From NCBI GenBank assembly GCA_965153285.1, contig OZ229122.1: a DNA stretch of 64,000 bases; one strand, written 5' to 3'. Shown here in pieces: positions 60,298-64,000 of this stretch (positions are counted from its first letter, which is position 1; each line of letters starts with the position of its first letter). A program made the translations under genes and the position numbers. Source of the DNA: Podarcis tiliguerta (taxonomy: Eukaryota). The notes under the pieces were generated by a model, which saw only the letters and a program-made list of their open reading frames with translations, was not told the DNA's origin and made no database searches.

Positions 60298-62989
60298 GAG
60301 GAGGTACGGTACACTTTTAGCATGGCTGGGGCCATGTGCACTTTGTGCAGAGCAAACAAACAAAAATTAAAATTCTGAATTCTACAACATGTAAAAATTA
60401 CATAAATTAAGTACATTTGCACAACTTATTCTGCAATTCCCCTCTATTTTGCAGGGCACTGAAGCCCCACCCCAATCTTCATCCAGTGAAATTCTTGTTC
60501 AGCCCTGCCTCCCACGGATTTCTGGCACTGCACTCTGGTAGTCTGACTCAGAATAAGGAAGCTCCTTATAGCCTCTTTGCAAACAATTGCACATCTTAAT
60601 AAAACATTTCCTTCTCCATGGATTTATTTTCCTCAAAGGTTTCAGATTACAACTTCACAAACCAAGCCTATGCAAATGAACTTTATGCTTCATTATCAAT
60701 TCCAAACACAAATTTTGCCCAGCCCTAGTTATAAGCAGTTTGACAGACAAGGGACTTGAGTAATGCTGAGGCATTACTTTTCTGCAATCGCCTGGAAACA
60801 GAATAAAAATGGAGGTTCAGTGGGCTGCTTAATATAACAGGACAAAGCCAAACCCCCAGATCAATATATTTCTATACTTTTTACTCAGAAGTTAAATCCT
60901 GTTCAGCAAAAACACTCTACAGCTTTAATTAGAAGCTTCCTTTGTGCAGTTTCTGCTTCCAGTTTGCTTTCCCTTGAGTGCAGCCAAGCTATAATGATTA
61001 ATTCCCCTTAATCAACCCGTTCCTATGCATATCTGCTGATAAATAGGTTAATTACAGTCATATTTTCATGGTCATCATTTGCTTTGTTACAAAAGGTAAG
61101 AGAAACTCAGGCATTAACCCACCCACATGAGGAACAGGGCTGACTGTGGGGAAATGAAGGGGCAATTCACCAGTGTGCTCAGCAGGAAGCAGTGACGCAA
61201 AGGAAGCTATTGCATCCAGGTGCTAATCAAAGCAGGGGTGGCTAACCTTTTCAACCCAAGGATTGCACTGACAGCTCCCTAACTTTCTGAGGGCCATGTC
61301 CAAGTGGTGGGCACGGCTACCACACATACAGACACATGTACCACAAATGCCGAACATGCATAACACATCCTCCCCATATAGACACATCCACATTCACCAC
61401 ACAGATACAGTGGCCCTGAGCAAGCCGCCACTACTGCAATTATGGTGGGTTGGGTGGCAAGTTCTGTAGCAAAGCTGAGAAAAGCCACCACCATGGCTGG
61501 CTGGTGGGAACACCCTGAAAGCAGGAAGGACCAATCTGATCCTCTCCAGTGTTTCAGCAGCCTTTGGGAAACATCGGAGGAGATTGGAGTGCCTCTCCGC
61601 ATTCCCAGAGCACTCCAACCTGCTCTCAATGTTGGCCGCTTGCTTGCTCACTGCTGCTGCCAAAACCACCTCAGTCATTCGATGCCGCTGCCACTACCAA
61701 AACTACGGTGATGATTTGGAAGCAGTGGGTAGATGATTGTGGGTTCAGATAGCTCCAATTCTTCTGGATAGGATTTGACACCTTTTTCTTGGTAGGGCTC
61801 CAATGCTTGGAGCAGCAGTGGAATAGGCAGGAATTTGGCAAGTGAATTTCCCCCCACTGTTGCCTCTTTGTGCCTGGAAATGCCCCCTGTGATGGCTCTC
61901 TGCCTATCATGCAGCCCTTAAGGATACAGGAGCCTCAGAAAGAAAAAGGGGTGGCAAACATAATTTGAAGGCTACTTTGAAGGTGACTTATTCTACTGGT
62001 GTGTGGGGCACTTTTGCTCAATAAAACATGATCGTCCATTCTTAGGGGAAAGATTTTAGCGGGTAAACCCAACTACATTTAGCCCAAATTACTGCACAGG
62101 CAGTGGCGGCCATTGGGATTGGTAAGGAGGAAGACAATAGGCAGACTGGCAGTAGGCAGGCAGAGCCAACTAATTCTAGCGTTGTCCCCACCCTCCTCCC
62201 TGCTGAGTTCTACAAGGGCAACAATGGGTCTAAGGAAGAAGCGGCCAAGCAGTGTCACCCACTGGACTGGTTCTAAAAAAGAAGGAAGGGAAGGCAGGGA
62301 TTGGTTTAAAGCAGACTGAGGTTGATGACACAGTGCCCCTTTTGCCCTATCAGAACAGCCTCCACTTTGGACAGAACTGAAACTGGCAACCCCTTGCAAG
62401 TAAGGCACACAATCTCAGAGAGGGGATTCAAATTAATACATGCTATGTAGCAGCCACTTAAGAGACTTCTCAAATTGTGTCTCTTACTGCATGGAGAGCC
62501 AGTTACATGTCCAAGCGCCGACAAAGCAAATTTCACCAAAACCATTGCAACCCTGTTTTCTCAGATTTTAGAGTAGCTGCAGGAACTCTGTTGGACAGAG
62601 GCGACTACTTTGTAAACTTGAGGCTGGGTGTGCGATGTGATTCTGTAGGAGTGCAGAAAAAGCGCAGCAGGTGCAGAATCTCAGCTTTCAGACTTAGTAA
62701 AGTTCCTAGCCCTTGTGATGCTGGAAAATGTGTGGACAAGCTCCTGCTCAAATCTCAGAAAGCCAAACGTGCGCCTGAGCAACATTTCTAACATGCAGAG
62801 CTTCTTACGCAACTCCGTAACTTAGTGACACCGCCATTAATTGGGAAAACGGGGGATTTCAGAATGCATTGTGAGAAAGAAGAGAAGCTGTTCAGGTTGT
62901 GCAAAGTCTTCAAAAAGTCGCCAAAGGCTTGATCTTTGCATGTCTCTACCCTGGCCCCAGACAGAAAAGGGTTAAGATGCGGCACTCAC

Positions 62990-63168
62990 ACGGCTGCCAC
63001 CTTGATGAACTTCTTGAGCAGGTGGGCCCGCTTCCCCAGCGACTCGCACAGCAGCACCTCCGTGGCCACCCAGTGCTGAACTTCACTGCAGCGCTGCAGC
63101 AGCAGCTCTAGGTTGGCTGTCTCCCGCCGACCACGTTCCCCATGGAACACGTAGTCCACAAATTCCAG
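62990..63168 (-). CDS. RAPGEFL1: RAPGEFL1 coding exon (RasGEF domain); upstream exons lie beyond the right edge
   Basis: 179 nt, gtttgtAG| to |GTGAGT. Encodes LEFVDYVFHGERGRRETANLELLLQRCSEVQHWVATEVLLCESLGKRAHLLKKFIKVAA. Confidence 0.96.
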
Positions 63169-64000
63169 CTACAAACAAGGATGCCAGAGCAGAAGTTAAT
63201 AGCCTGCGTGCCTGTAGCCCTCCCCTGGCCTGTAGTGAAGGGAAAGGATGCCTCACTCTACACAGCAGGCTACAATTCGCATCAGTTTCAGCCAGCACTG
63301 CCAGTAGTCAAAGGTGACAGGAATTGTAGTTCAGCACCACTGGGCAGGGGACACATTGAGTGCCCCTGCCTTACAGCCACAACACCAGCTATCCGGTTAA
63401 AAGGAGTGGCTTCATCCTTCAGTCCTCTTTATATATATCAAGGATGGAGAAGGGGCAGAGGAGTGATTACACAGAGGGAACATAAGAATAATAGAATTGA
63501 GGACCTAGTTCAGATTGAGATGATCAAACCATGTCTCTGGGCTTCACCACTTCAGAGGGGTGAGGGGCTCCCATGACTGAATGCTCCTTCAGTCATGGGG
63601 CAACGGTGGAATTCCCTCCACATAGAAAGCTAGCTGCCAAGGAGACACCTATCCCTTTCCCTGACATGCTAATTGTCTCCTGAATCGTGCACTTGAGGGC
63701 AAACCATGTGATTAATATCCCGTGCAGTTTGATCCTTCATCTGCGGCTGCTCTGAATGTGAAGGCACCACCCTATTAGGGCAGGGGCAGAGAACCCAGGG
63801 GCTGACAGCCTCTCTATCTGGCCCTTAGGACTCTTCCCCAAGCCACACCCATCACCAGCCTTGCTCTGCACTTTCCTCAAGTGCCTTTGCCTTGTGCATG
63901 GCTCTTTTGCTGAACCAAGGTAAGGCTCACAACTGTTGCTCCACCCATTCTGGCCTCTGCCCTGCCCACCATTGTCATGTGACTGCCGCTCAAAGGTTGC

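Noticed and set aside
1-64000. CRISPR arrays, operons, rRNA genes, intact transposases or RTs, snoRNA/miRNA genes, U12-type introns
   Set aside because: None seen. The DNA is eukaryotic, all introns delimited are GT-AG with U2-type donors, there are no regularly spaced repeats, and the hairpins I found are explained by MITEs. An Infernal/Rfam scan would be needed to exclude small RNAs rigorously.

Overview
Vertebrate (eukaryotic) genomic DNA, most likely a squamate and probably a lacertid-type lizard, judged from two Sauria-type SINEs with (TTTACC)n tails and other squamate-style repeats. Three intron-containing genes lie head-to-tail on the minus strand. RAPGEFL1 contributes its last 7 coding exons (63168-43610) and a 3'UTR to about 40.0 kb. 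WIPF2 is complete: CpG-island first exon at about 38.4 kb, 7 coding exons (21897-13304) giving 1323 nt = 440 aa, and a 3'UTR of about 5.4 kb. CDC6 contributes a CpG-island/E2F promoter at about 6.0-6.7 kb and its first 5 coding exons (4641-498), then runs off the left edge. This is the RAPGEFL1-WIPF2-CDC6 order I recall from human 17q21. All coding exons were delimited by eye from GT-AG sites and join in frame. Introns carry many short transposon relics: TA-flanked Tc1/mariner-pogo MITEs, hAT MITEs with 8-bp TSDs, tRNA-derived SINEs, CR1/L2 fragments and a solo LTR. Most ORFs in the supplied track are non-coding noise. I see no convincing new biological system. The best leads are modest: SINEs sharing one tail but carrying different tRNA heads, an intact CCAAT-rich solo LTR, a probably bidirectional CDC6 promoter, a WIPF2 uORF, and a few substitutions in conserved motifs. 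Comparisons to human proteins are from memory, not from a database search.
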